Positions 1-7,215 of a stretch of DNA of 63,900 nt are shown here, one piece after another. Below the pieces are notes generated by a model. The model did not search any database. It saw only the letters and a program-made list of their open reading frames with translations, and was not told where the DNA came from. The stretch's first letter is position 1, and every line of letters starts with the position of its first letter. A program made the translations under genes and the position numbers. The stretch is from a virus (Duplodnaviria > Caudoviricetes): positions 1 to 63,900 of the IMG/VR virus record IMGVR_UViG_3300020469_000046. One strand, given 5' to 3'.

Positions 1-2
1 CA

Positions 3-131
3 TCTGGATTCAACATCTACTTGTTAGAACTTTTAGTTCTTTACTGGGGAGGTGCAGCATGTATCGTCCTCAATGGTCCTGGTAATTTCTCAATAGATCA
101 TCTCATAAAACGGAGACTCATAAATGATTAA
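3..131 (+). CDS. DoxX-family membrane protein, C-terminal fragment (5' end outside window)
   Basis: Own translation: SGFNIYLLELLVLYWGGAACIVLNGPGNFSIDHLIKRRLIND*. A hydrophobic helix followed by GPG-x-FS-I-D is typical of DoxX C-termini. Confidence 0.6.
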   Translation, partial: SGFNIYLLELLVLYWGGAACIVLNGPGNFSIDHLIKRRLIND

Positions 132-369
132 AGCACTATTCAGTTTTATATTTGCTGCGGTGATGTGGGTACAAGTCCCACAGTGGCAGGATGACTGGAG
201 TAAGTGCGCTGTTGATGTGCCTGACACAGCATGTCATTGGTACATCACAGCACCCGATAGCACCATGGGTGTTGGATTTAATTGGGAGAATGCTCCCTGG
301 TTCAGTGCTGAAGGTCTCCTAGACATTGGAGAACTTCATAACACAGTTCAATCACTACAGGAAGCATGA
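124..369 (+). CDS. Hypothetical cyanophage protein with N-terminal hydrophobic/signal segment
   Basis: 81-aa ORF overlapping both neighbours in an operon-like arrangement; upstream GGAG. Confidence 0.6.
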   Translation: MIKALFSFIFAAVMWVQVPQWQDDWSKCAVDVPDTACHWYITAPDSTMGVGFNWENAPWFSAEGLLDIGELHNTVQSLQEA

Positions 370-581
370 ATAACTTTGAAGTCTTCCTTTATTTTGTATG
401 CTTCTCTGCTATTGGTGGTGCTGCGTTTGCAATGATGTGGAGTAACATTCAATCTATTAATATAGAGATGAATAAACCCAAACCTAAACTACGTCATCCT
501 GAAGCACCTGAACCTGGTGAAGAAGTGATGTATGTTGATCTTTCTAGAAAAAAACTAGAAGATCTTTACAACGACAATTAA
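366..581 (+). CDS. DUF2973-like small membrane protein
   Basis: N-terminal TM helix followed by RHPE...GEE.MYV motif; ATGA overlap with the previous gene. Confidence 0.55.
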   Translation: MNNFEVFLYFVCFSAIGGAAFAMMWSNIQSINIEMNKPKPKLRHPEAPEPGEEVMYVDLSRKKLEDLYNDN

Positions 582-592
582 TATGTTATAAT

Positions 593-617
593 AAGAGGGT
601 TCACTACCCTCTTTTTT
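593..617 (+). terminator. Rho-independent terminator
   Basis: AAGAGGGT-tcact-ACCCTCTT stem followed by a T run. Confidence 0.7.
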
Positions 618-1091
618 ATGGGAATTTGTATGGGAGTTTCTACTATTTCAGGATTTTTTATGACTGCAATGGTAGGAACAATAACTCCCGATGAAGTAAA
701 AACTTATACGTCACTACATCTTGGAACTGAAAGTGATCTCCTCAGGTTCAAAGAACCCATGGGGTCATACGGAATACAATATGATTTAACCAATTTCATT
801 CAAGTATTTGCCGAGCACCAATCATCACCAATGCAATGTGATGATCATCCTGGATTGAACTATGCAGGATTTAAATTTACTGCCCCGTTGACTGATGATG
901 TTACTGCATACAGTGGAATCGCAGTAAAGAGTGGACAATTTGATAATAAAAATACTCTCAAAAATCCTATTATAATCAGTGGGATTGAAGTTGGTGGTAA
1001 TACAATCAAATTGTTTTCTGAATATATGCATAGTGCAGAGAGATTGAATAATGGTAGATTGTATGGCGGAGTCAAATATATTTTTAATTAA
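618..1091 (+). CDS. Hypothetical protein, possibly a small beta-barrel
   Basis: 157-aa ORF with hydrophobic N-terminus, alternating-pattern strands and aromatic C-terminus (GGVKYIFN). Confidence 0.55.
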   Translation: MGICMGVSTISGFFMTAMVGTITPDEVKTYTSLHLGTESDLLRFKEPMGSYGIQYDLTNFIQVFAEHQSSPMQCDDHPGLNYAGFKFTAPLTDDVTAYSGIAVKSGQFDNKNTLKNPIIISGIEVGGNTIKLFSEYMHSAERLNNGRLYGGVKYIFN

Positions 1092-1125
1092 CCTATACAA
1101 TAAATAAAACAAATCTTAAATTATT

Positions 1126-1347
1126 ATGTCTTGTAATCTTCGCGTCAAAATGTTAGATGCTCTAGTTGCTGATGCTCAAGGTAATATTGCCAAAGCAAAA
1201 GCAAACGTAGAAGTATACCTACACAATCCTGTAGGTATTGGTGAGCACCCTGATGTGCTTGCTGCTATTCAGGAACAACTAGATATCATTGCTCATGAAG
1301 AAGAACGTATCGAAGTTATCGGTAAGCACTTTAGTGATCACGAATAG
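1126..1347 (+). CDS. Conserved T4-like cyanophage hypothetical protein
   Basis: Helical-hairpin protein with a LHNPVGIGEHPD motif that I recall from T4-like marine phages. Confidence 0.7.
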   Translation: MSCNLRVKMLDALVADAQGNIAKAKANVEVYLHNPVGIGEHPDVLAAIQEQLDIIAHEEERIEVIGKHFSDHE

Positions 1348-1417
1348 AGGATGCTGTGGTGCTGGATGTCCAGACTGTCCATTCAGACCACCTCCTAGAC
1401 CGTCCACCTCTGTTTGA
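1334..1417 (+). CDS. Cys-rich micro-peptide (CCGxGCxxCP, DUF5522-like)
   Basis: Own translation from GTG: (M)ITNRGCCGAGCPDCPFRPPPRPSTSV*; ends inside the terminator stem. Confidence 0.4.
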   Translation: MITNRGCCGAGCPDCPFRPPPRPSTSV

Positions 1418-1432
1418 CAGGGGTGTTTTTTT
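1405..1432 (+). terminator. Rho-independent terminator
   Basis: CACCTCTGT-ttg-ACAGGGGTG stem (one G-U pair) followed by TTTTTTT. Confidence 0.7.
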
Positions 1433-1451
1433 ATTAATATCGATGACTCCC

Positions 1452-1481
1452 TTGACAATCAACTCATCCATCATCTATACT
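1452..1481 (+). promoter_or_regulatory. Sigma70-type (early) promoter
   Basis: TTGACA-18 nt-TATACT, about 30 nt before ORF 1513. Confidence 0.65.
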
Positions 1482-1512
1482 GCGAACAGCAATTTTATCA
1501 ATCACCCAAACC

Positions 1513-2055
1513 ATGACTGCTCTTGATTATGTCATCTCTAGAATTAATGAGTATGACATGAGCAAATTTAAGTATAATACTTTTCTAACACTAGATGAAA
1601 ATCGTGGTGCCTTTTTGTGGAGTAGAATTGCACAGTTCATTGGAGATTATGTTGAGGCAGCAATTCCTGAGTGGGATCCAGACCCAGAAGCATTGCATCT
1701 TGGTGTTGGTAAAAGGGTTGATTGGGAAAATTCCAAAATAGTTGTAGAACAAAAGAGAAATCCTAAAGGTGATAATTCAGCATCTAGAAAATCAAATCTT
1801 ATCAAATTAAAAGAATCTGCTTTGGAAAAAAATAAAATTCCAATTTATGCATATTGGGAAGATCGGGAAAAGAACGACTATATTAAAGATGATGTTCTTC
1901 ATCTGCATGGCAAAGCAATTTTTAAACATCTTGGTATAGAAGATGACTGGACAGACTTTCTTTCTCATGTGGATGATGTTAAGATGACTATCAAACAAGG
2001 ACTTACTAAAAAATTTAATGAGCATTATGAATCCTTTAGCACAACTTCTTCATGA
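1513..2055 (+). CDS. Putative PD-(D/E)xK type II restriction-endonuclease-like protein
   Basis: Motif order IGDYVE...RVD...VVEQK-RNPKGDNSAS...LHGKAIFKHLG resembles Eco47II-like type II REases (G-x-x-x-E helix, D, ExK, N-x-x-N-S). Confidence 0.5.
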   Translation: MTALDYVISRINEYDMSKFKYNTFLTLDENRGAFLWSRIAQFIGDYVEAAIPEWDPDPEALHLGVGKRVDWENSKIVVEQKRNPKGDNSASRKSNLIKLKESALEKNKIPIYAYWEDREKNDYIKDDVLHLHGKAIFKHLGIEDDWTDFLSHVDDVKMTIKQGLTKKFNEHYESFSTTSS

Positions 2056-2674
2056 AGATATTGATTGTAGAGATGCAAATGTAAAGGATTTTGTAGTCAA
2101 ACCAACTACTATTCAGTACGTAAGAGAATTTGTGGAGACATGGCATTATTCATCTAATGTTAATGGTCTCCGTATTTCTAATGTGTTTGGGTTATTTCAT
2201 AATGAAAAACTCATTGGTGCCATGATTTATGGTCCACTTGGAATGGCAAATACTTGGAAAAAGTATGCTAGTTCTGAGAATGAAATTGTAGAGTTACGTC
2301 GTCTATGTTGTATAGACAACACTCCAAAATGTACGGAAAGTTATTTTATTGGTAAAACATTAAGATGGTTAAAAAAGAATACTGACTATAAAATTGTAAT
2401 TTCTTATGCTGATACTTTTCATAACCATGAAGGGACTATTTACAAAGCATCAAATTTTCAACATTGTGGACTAACTGCAAAGGGTAGAGTAATCCAGTAT
2501 GGTGATAGGACTTATCATGATAAATGTATTCGTACATATCATGTAGATAAGAATGGTAATAAAAAATTAAAACCCTTTGCTCAGAGGGTCAAAGATGCTT
2601 TAGAAAATGGAGATGCAGAATATGTAGAAACTCCAGGAAAACACATTTATGTGTATAAATTAAAGAAAAAATAA
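2018..2674 (+). CDS. mom: Mom-family (GNAT-fold) DNA adenine-modification protein, copy 1
   Basis: WHYS, FGLF...LIGAMIYG, ELRRL, ESYFIG, ISYAD...HEGTIYKASNF motifs as in phage Mu Mom homologues. Start may be the ATG at 2027. Confidence 0.8.
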   Translation: MSIMNPLAQLLHEDIDCRDANVKDFVVKPTTIQYVREFVETWHYSSNVNGLRISNVFGLFHNEKLIGAMIYGPLGMANTWKKYASSENEIVELRRLCCIDNTPKCTESYFIGKTLRWLKKNTDYKIVISYADTFHNHEGTIYKASNFQHCGLTAKGRVIQYGDRTYHDKCIRTYHVDKNGNKKLKPFAQRVKDALENGDAEYVETPGKHIYVYKLKKK

Positions 2675-2675
2675 A

Positions 2676-2876
2676 ATGTTAACTATCATCAATCATGTAA
2701 CAGCTTTTTGGTCTGTTGTTGTGATAAATTGTATTCAACCAGTGAACTGGCAGTATTGTCTTCCAGTTCATGAATGGTTAATTCCAGATGTTTATCATGG
2801 TATTCAGATATACCTTGACAAAAACCATAACTCATTGTATAAATCAGAAAGAGACTACCTCGAACAAAATAAATGA
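2676..2876 (+). CDS. Hypothetical cyanophage protein
   Basis: 66-aa ORF tightly packed between mom and talC. Confidence 0.55.
   Translation: MLTIINHVTAFWSVVVINCIQPVNWQYCLPVHEWLIPDVYHGIQIYLDKNHNSLYKSERDYLEQNK
2815..2843 (+). promoter_or_regulatory. Promoter upstream of talC
   Basis: TTGACA-17 nt-TATAAA(T). Confidence 0.45.
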
Positions 2877-3532
2877 AAATTTTTCTAGATACCGCAGATA
2901 CAGAAGTAATTAGAGAACACTTTGAGACTGGATTAATTGATGGGATTACCACCAACCCCACATTAATCCGTAAGTCTGGAAGAGATCCTGAAGATGTGTA
3001 TCAGGAACTTGCTGACATTGGAATTAAAGATGTCAGTATGGAAGTTGTAGGTAATGCACAAACCATGTTGGAAGAAGGTCTCCGTTTATCTGAAAAGTTT
3101 GGTTCAATTGCTACAATTAAACTTCCATGTGATCGTGATGGTCTTCGTGTTTGCCATGAACTAAGTAAAGAAAAGATTCGCACTAATGTAACTCTTATCT
3201 TCTCTACTTCTCAAGCAATCCTTGCCGCAAAGGCAGGTGCAAGTTACGTTTCTCCATTTGTTGGACGCCTCAATGACAACTCTTTCAGTGGTGTTGAACT
3301 GGTTCGTGCAATCTCTGGCACATACAGTGTTCATGGAGTCCGTACAGAGGTCTTAGCGGCGTCTCTGAGAGATTGTCACCATGTCTCTAGGTGCATTCTA
3401 TATGGCGCTAATATCGTAACGATTCCTCCAGCAGTATTCTTAAAGATGTATGATCACGTTTTGACCCGTGAAGGACTTGCTATTTTTGAACGTGACTGGG
3501 CACTTGTCAATTCCCAATCTAATGATGTATGA
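2873..3532 (+). CDS. talC: Transaldolase (TalC/FSA family), auxiliary metabolic gene
   Basis: MKIFLDTAD, GITTNPTLI, catalytic K in TIKLP, NVTLIFS, SPFVGRL, LAASLR motifs. Confidence 0.96.
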   Translation: MKIFLDTADTEVIREHFETGLIDGITTNPTLIRKSGRDPEDVYQELADIGIKDVSMEVVGNAQTMLEEGLRLSEKFGSIATIKLPCDRDGLRVCHELSKEKIRTNVTLIFSTSQAILAAKAGASYVSPFVGRLNDNSFSGVELVRAISGTYSVHGVRTEVLAASLRDCHHVSRCILYGANIVTIPPAVFLKMYDHVLTREGLAIFERDWALVNSQSNDV

Positions 3533-3756
3533 TTAGAAAAGTTCGGGAATTTCTTCAAAGAGATAGTGATATCACGTATAAGATTGAACTTGATTATATC
3601 AAAATAACAATCGTTGAACTTATACATATTATGAAGTTAAATTTAAAAAATGCTATTGTATCCAACAGAAAAGGACTACTTATTTCATTTAGTGACAACT
3701 TCTCCACAAGAGGCAAAAAATCTCTGGAGAAAATCAATAAAAACGAAATGGGGTGA
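3529..3756 (+). CDS. Possible hypothetical protein
   Basis: ATGA-coupled to talC, but its last 107 nt overlap the HNH gene, so it is uncertain. Confidence 0.3.
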   Translation: MIRKVREFLQRDSDITYKIELDYIKITIVELIHIMKLNLKNAIVSNRKGLLISFSDNFSTRGKKSLEKINKNEMG

Positions 3757-4018
3757 ATGTGCTTACTGCGGATCAAAAGAAAATTTAACAATCGACCATA
3801 TAGTTCCCCGATCAAAAGGTGGAAATAACCATATAACTAATGTTCTATGTGCTTGTGAAAAATGTAATAAATCAAAAGCACATTATGAATGGGAAGATTG
3901 GTATTTTCAACAGGAATTTTTTGAATATACTCGTCATAAGAAAATTAACTCTTGGATGACTCAATTATCTGAGAGTGAGCTCAAACCCTATAAACCTCGA
4001 AAAAATTTAAAGTACTAA
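3650..4018 (+). CDS. HNH endonuclease
   Basis: CAYCG...LTIDHIVPRSKGG...NVLCACEKCNKSK. Confidence 0.92.
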   Translation: MLLYPTEKDYLFHLVTTSPQEAKNLWRKSIKTKWGECAYCGSKENLTIDHIVPRSKGGNNHITNVLCACEKCNKSKAHYEWEDWYFQQEFFEYTRHKKINSWMTQLSESELKPYKPRKNLKY

Positions 4019-4020
4019 CC

Positions 4021-4332
4021 ATGAGTAACAGACCATCATTTAGAGTTTATCATAAACCAGATTGTGCAGAGACAACTCAGTTTCTAGATCTTTTGGGACA
4101 GTGGAATCTAGAATATGAAACTATTGTTATTGGTACAGATATTAGTGAAAGTCAACTTGAAGTCCTAGTTGGAGAAGATGCTGTTAAAGGCTGTCCAAGA
4201 GTTCTTATGTGCAATAATCATAATGAGGATAGATTACGCCTTGCTTCAGGTAAGGAATGGACGAATATGGGTAGTGTAGAAGACACTACTAGATTTCTAA
4301 AGTACGCTAACAATGTTGATAGTTTTAATTGA
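4021..4332 (+). CDS. Atypical glutaredoxin-fold protein (single Cys at the active-site position)
   Basis: FRVYHKPDCAET...LEYE...GCPRV...MGSVED pattern of the Grx fold, without CxxC. Confidence 0.55.
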   Translation: MSNRPSFRVYHKPDCAETTQFLDLLGQWNLEYETIVIGTDISESQLEVLVGEDAVKGCPRVLMCNNHNEDRLRLASGKEWTNMGSVEDTTRFLKYANNVDSFN

Positions 4333-4341
4333 GGAACTTTT

Positions 4342-4581
4342 ATGTCTACATTTATTGTTTATTCTAGATCAGGATGCCCCTACTGCACAAAGATTGTTAA
4401 TGTCTTGCAGTTATCTGAAATGAAATATGTTGAATATAAACTGGGAAGAGATTTTGACCGAACTGAATTTTATTCTAAATTTGGAACGGGTTCTACTTTT
4501 CCCAGAGTAGTTAAAGATGATAAATTAATAGGCGGTTGTACTGAGACCGTAAAATATCTACGGGAAAATAAGTTAGTTTAA
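4342..4581 (+). CDS. nrdC: Glutaredoxin
   Basis: CPYC active site, TFP cis-Pro loop, IGG motif. Confidence 0.9.
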   Translation: MSTFIVYSRSGCPYCTKIVNVLQLSEMKYVEYKLGRDFDRTEFYSKFGTGSTFPRVVKDDKLIGGCTETVKYLRENKLV

Positions 4582-4943
4582 TGGAAGAAATCAATCTCCA
4601 CGAAATATATACTGATGTTGAAAAAGCAATAGATTATGCTTTTGAAAACAAATTTATATTGAAGTTCTATGATTATTTAAAAATCAAAAAAATTAAAAAA
4701 TATGAAGTGGAGAAATTTATTGATAGTTCTGTTGCACATGAATTAGAGTCTGTTGTAAATGAACTAGAGCAATATCTTGAGGGTGGAAATGATAATAATC
4801 ATAAACAACTTCGTGAAGGATATGGACATATCCCAAAACCTCAAGCAAGGAAAATTAAAAATTATTTGTACGCAATACTAGAGGACGCATGGAAATATAA
4901 CCATGATAAACGAAAAGGAAGACGAAAAAAAATCTCTAAATAA
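4581..4943 (+). CDS. Conserved cyanophage hypothetical protein
   Basis: 120-aa ORF, TAATG-coupled; LREGYGHIPKPQARKIK motif. Confidence 0.7.
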   Translation: MEEINLHEIYTDVEKAIDYAFENKFILKFYDYLKIKKIKKYEVEKFIDSSVAHELESVVNELEQYLEGGNDNNHKQLREGYGHIPKPQARKIKNYLYAILEDAWKYNHDKRKGRRKKISK

Positions 4944-5118
4944 CAGTGAACTCAAACTGGATCGAGGGTTTGAGTTAATGTTAAGAAAACAAAATAGTAA
5001 AAGGAGAGAAAAACCTTTACCAAAGACATTTCAAATTACTTTTGGTAAAATGATATCTCTCCTGTCTAGAGAGGTACATCTGAATTTTGATTTTTATATT
5101 GATATAAAAAAGAAGTAA
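4903..5118 (+). CDS. Hypothetical protein
   Basis: 71-aa ORF filling the gap within the operon. Confidence 0.55.
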   Translation: MINEKEDEKKSLNNSELKLDRGFELMLRKQNSKRREKPLPKTFQITFGKMISLLSREVHLNFDFYIDIKKK

Positions 5119-5136
5119 CTCTCAAGGAGAAAGACG

Positions 5137-5364
5137 ATGGAAACACCAGTAATTTTAACGTTCAGTGTTTTATTTACGTTCATGTTTTTTGTATTAGGAG
5201 GTATTATTGGATGGATAGTAAAACAATCCCAGTACGAAAACTTGTATGGAATACCAAATCTTCATCCTGAAATGTTTGATGTAAATGGCAATTTAATTCC
5301 CGATGAAATTTTATCAGTGAGGTTTGAAAACGATTATGGCTACGAAGACGAAAACGACGACTAA
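5137..5364 (+). CDS. Small membrane protein
   Basis: AGGAG RBS, one TM helix, HPEMFDxNGN motif. Confidence 0.7.
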   Translation: METPVILTFSVLFTFMFFVLGGIIGWIVKQSQYENLYGIPNLHPEMFDVNGNLIPDEILSVRFENDYGYEDENDD

Positions 5365-5899
5365 ATTACAAGCAAATCCATTTCAAAATGAGATTCTTGA
5401 GTTAGTATCTAAGCAAAGATCTAATGCTAAAAAAGTAGAAGTACTCAAAGAGTATCGAAATGATGCATTAGTTTCTTTGCTTATTTGGAACTTTGACGAA
5501 AGTGTTTATTCTGCACTTCCAGAAGGTTCAGTTCCTTATGCTGATAATGATGAGCAAACTTCTATAGGTGGAAATCTTACTGATCTTGTTGATAGTAAAG
5601 TTAAATCTAGAAATTTGAAGAATGGTGATTATGCTGGTACTGATGAAGTTATGAATAAACAGCATACTTCACTTAGAAATGAAGCTAATAGATTTTATAT
5701 CTTTATTAAAGGTGGGTCTACTATGCTTTCTCAAGTAAGAAAGGAAACTATATTCATTGAAATGCTTAAAGGTTTACTTCCAGAAGAAGCAGAATTGATG
5801 TGTTTAGTAAAAGATAAAAAACTCTCCGATAAATATAGAATAACTCATCAGAATGTTAAAGACGCATATCCCGACATTACTTGGGGGAATCGTTCATGA
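5324..5899 (+). CDS. Conserved T4-like protein (DUF6433-like); likely start 5336
   Basis: EIL..VSK...LIWNFD...LPEG.VPY...ETIFIEML.GL...EAEL...KDK motifs. Confidence 0.7.
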   Translation: MKTIMATKTKTTTKLQANPFQNEILELVSKQRSNAKKVEVLKEYRNDALVSLLIWNFDESVYSALPEGSVPYADNDEQTSIGGNLTDLVDSKVKSRNLKNGDYAGTDEVMNKQHTSLRNEANRFYIFIKGGSTMLSQVRKETIFIEMLKGLLPEEAELMCLVKDKKLSDKYRITHQNVKDAYPDITWGNRS

Positions 5900-6231
5900 C
5901 AGAACAAACTAATACAGAAGGTTTGCCCATGCCATGGTCAGAAGAAGAAAAATTAAATTTTCCTCCACAATATGGATGCCAAATTTTACTGAGTGATACT
6001 ACAGATGCTAAGGTTAATGATCCAACATTTCCTACTGATGCATATCTAGTTTATTATGAGGAAAATGAAAAACCACATATGGATCTTTGTAGAACTCGTA
6101 AACTGGTAAGTTTATTTGATATGTATTATGATAAATTTGGTCCAAATTCTATAAAGAAAATTGAATTTGGATATGGTAGAAAGAGACCTAATCTTTGGGG
6201 ACTAAAACCAAAAGAAACTAAGAAAAAATGA
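5881..6231 (+). CDS. Conserved cyanophage hypothetical protein; likely start 5896
   Basis: PTDAYLV.Y...DL...FDMYYD...GYG..RPNLWG motif. Confidence 0.7.
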   Translation: MGESFMTEQTNTEGLPMPWSEEEKLNFPPQYGCQILLSDTTDAKVNDPTFPTDAYLVYYEENEKPHMDLCRTRKLVSLFDMYYDKFGPNSIKKIEFGYGRKRPNLWGLKPKETKKK

Positions 6232-6566
6232 CATCCTTATTGGGGCAACATTTTCTTTTAAATATATACGGATGCTCATCATTGCAACTAAATGATGAGT
6301 TTTTTCTTTGCGATCTTATTGAAAATGCTGCTGAATCTTCTGGTGCAACAGTGATTAAAACTATATCATATCACTTTTTACCTCAAGGTGTAACAGCAGT
6401 TAGCTTACTTTCAGAGAGTCATATAAGCATACACACCTGGCCTGAAAGAGGTGAGGCAGCGATTGACATTTTTACATGTGGTGATTGTATTCCAAAGGTT
6501 GGTTGTGATATTATATTGGAGCAATTGAAACCTACGTATCATAATTTAAAAATAATAGACCGCTAA
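6228..6566 (+). CDS. speD: S-adenosylmethionine decarboxylase proenzyme
   Basis: GQH, HFLPQGVT, LLSESHISIHTWPE (pyruvoyl-forming ES), DIFTCG. Confidence 0.95.
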   Translation: MTSLLGQHFLLNIYGCSSLQLNDEFFLCDLIENAAESSGATVIKTISYHFLPQGVTAVSLLSESHISIHTWPERGEAAIDIFTCGDCIPKVGCDIILEQLKPTYHNLKIIDR

Positions 6567-6669
6567 ACCAAAAATCAGCTTTTGTTTTCAAAAAAGGGGC
6601 GAAAAAAACCCGGCAATTTTTTTGACCTGTAGGGTTTTTTATAACTTGTATGATACTATACCATACTGC

Positions 6670-6698
6670 TTGACTATATAATATATGTGGTCTATAAT
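6670..6698 (+). promoter_or_regulatory. Strong sigma70-type promoter driving the riboswitch leader
   Basis: TTGACT-17 nt-TATAAT; predicted start about 6705, just before the structured RNA. Confidence 0.75.
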
Positions 6699-6705
6699 AG
6701 ACCTG

Positions 6706-6935
6706 TCGTTCATCCCGCTCTAGAGTGGGACGCAAGTAAGTCGCGGAACGGAGCGTTCATCCCATGATTGATCTGTTGCTTTATTCATCTATATCATGTG
6801 CTGATGCTGATTCTATTATGATCAGAATCAAAGCAAGAAATGATCTACCTCAAGTAGTTCAAGTTGAATTGATTGAGACCGTAAAGGAATCAACTCCAGA
6901 TTGCTATTGGGACGCACACGACTGAAGGAACGGGG
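6706..6935 (+). ncRNA. Glutamine-riboswitch-like RNA (glnA/Downstream-peptide class), two interlocked aptamer units
   Basis: Two copies of CGTTCATCCC...GGGACGCA...GGAACG; E-loop halves AGTA and GAA; AGTCG/CGACT complementarity; located upstream of a DUF4278 gene. Confidence 0.7.
6764..6925 (+). CDS. 53-aa ORF embedded in the second aptamer
   Basis: Own translation: MIDLLLYSSISCADADSIMIRIKARNDLPQVVQVELIETVKESTPDCYWDAHD*; GGAG 10 nt upstream. Confidence 0.6.
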   Translation: MIDLLLYSSISCADADSIMIRIKARNDLPQVVQVELIETVKESTPDCYWDAHD

Positions 6936-6969
6936 ATTAAAAACCCTCTATTACTTTAGGAGTAACAAC

Positions 6970-7137
6970 ATGAACACACTTAACTTAATTCGTAAGCAGA
7001 TCAACAAAGCATCTGCACTTCACAACGCTCAGATCTCTCACACCTCATATCGTGGTGTTGAGTATGATACACGTTGTGTAGAATCAAAAGAGACTCACGG
7101 TACATTCTGTTATCGTGGTAAAGTCTATAATAAGTGA
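6970..7137 (+). CDS. DUF4278 family small protein (YRG motifs)
   Basis: AGGAG RBS, then MNTLNLIRKQ...SYRGVEY...CYRGKVY. True start is 6970, not 6901. Confidence 0.75.
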   Translation: MNTLNLIRKQINKASALHNAQISHTSYRGVEYDTRCVESKETHGTFCYRGKVYNK

Positions 7138-7158
7138 TTACTTGTACATATGTTCGTT

Positions 7159-7185
7159 AGAGAGGTTGACTACCTCTCTTTTTTT
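7159..7185 (+). terminator. Rho-independent terminator overlapping the next promoter
   Basis: AGAGAGGT-tgact-ACCTCTCT followed by a T run. Confidence 0.75.
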
Positions 7186-7194
7186 GTGTATAAT
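7166..7194 (+). promoter_or_regulatory. Sigma70-type promoter
   Basis: TTGACT-17 nt-TATAAT, with the -35 box spanning the terminator loop. Confidence 0.65.
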
Positions 7195-7215
7195 TGGAAC
7201 AGTCAACCTTGAGGT

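Noticed and set aside
3650-4018. Group I intron or intein associated with the HNH genes (also 60444-60959)
   Set aside because: Flanking genes (talC, thyX, tRNA) look uninterrupted and no intron core or intein motifs were seen, so they are treated as free-standing.
6532-6735. Minus-strand 67-aa ORF
   Set aside because: It runs antisense across a promoter and structured RNA, with no RBS or recognisable motif.
6901-6969. N-terminal extension of the DUF4278 ORF from TTG at 6901
   Set aside because: It overlaps the aptamer and the inner ORF; a clear AGGAG RBS supports the ATG at 6970.
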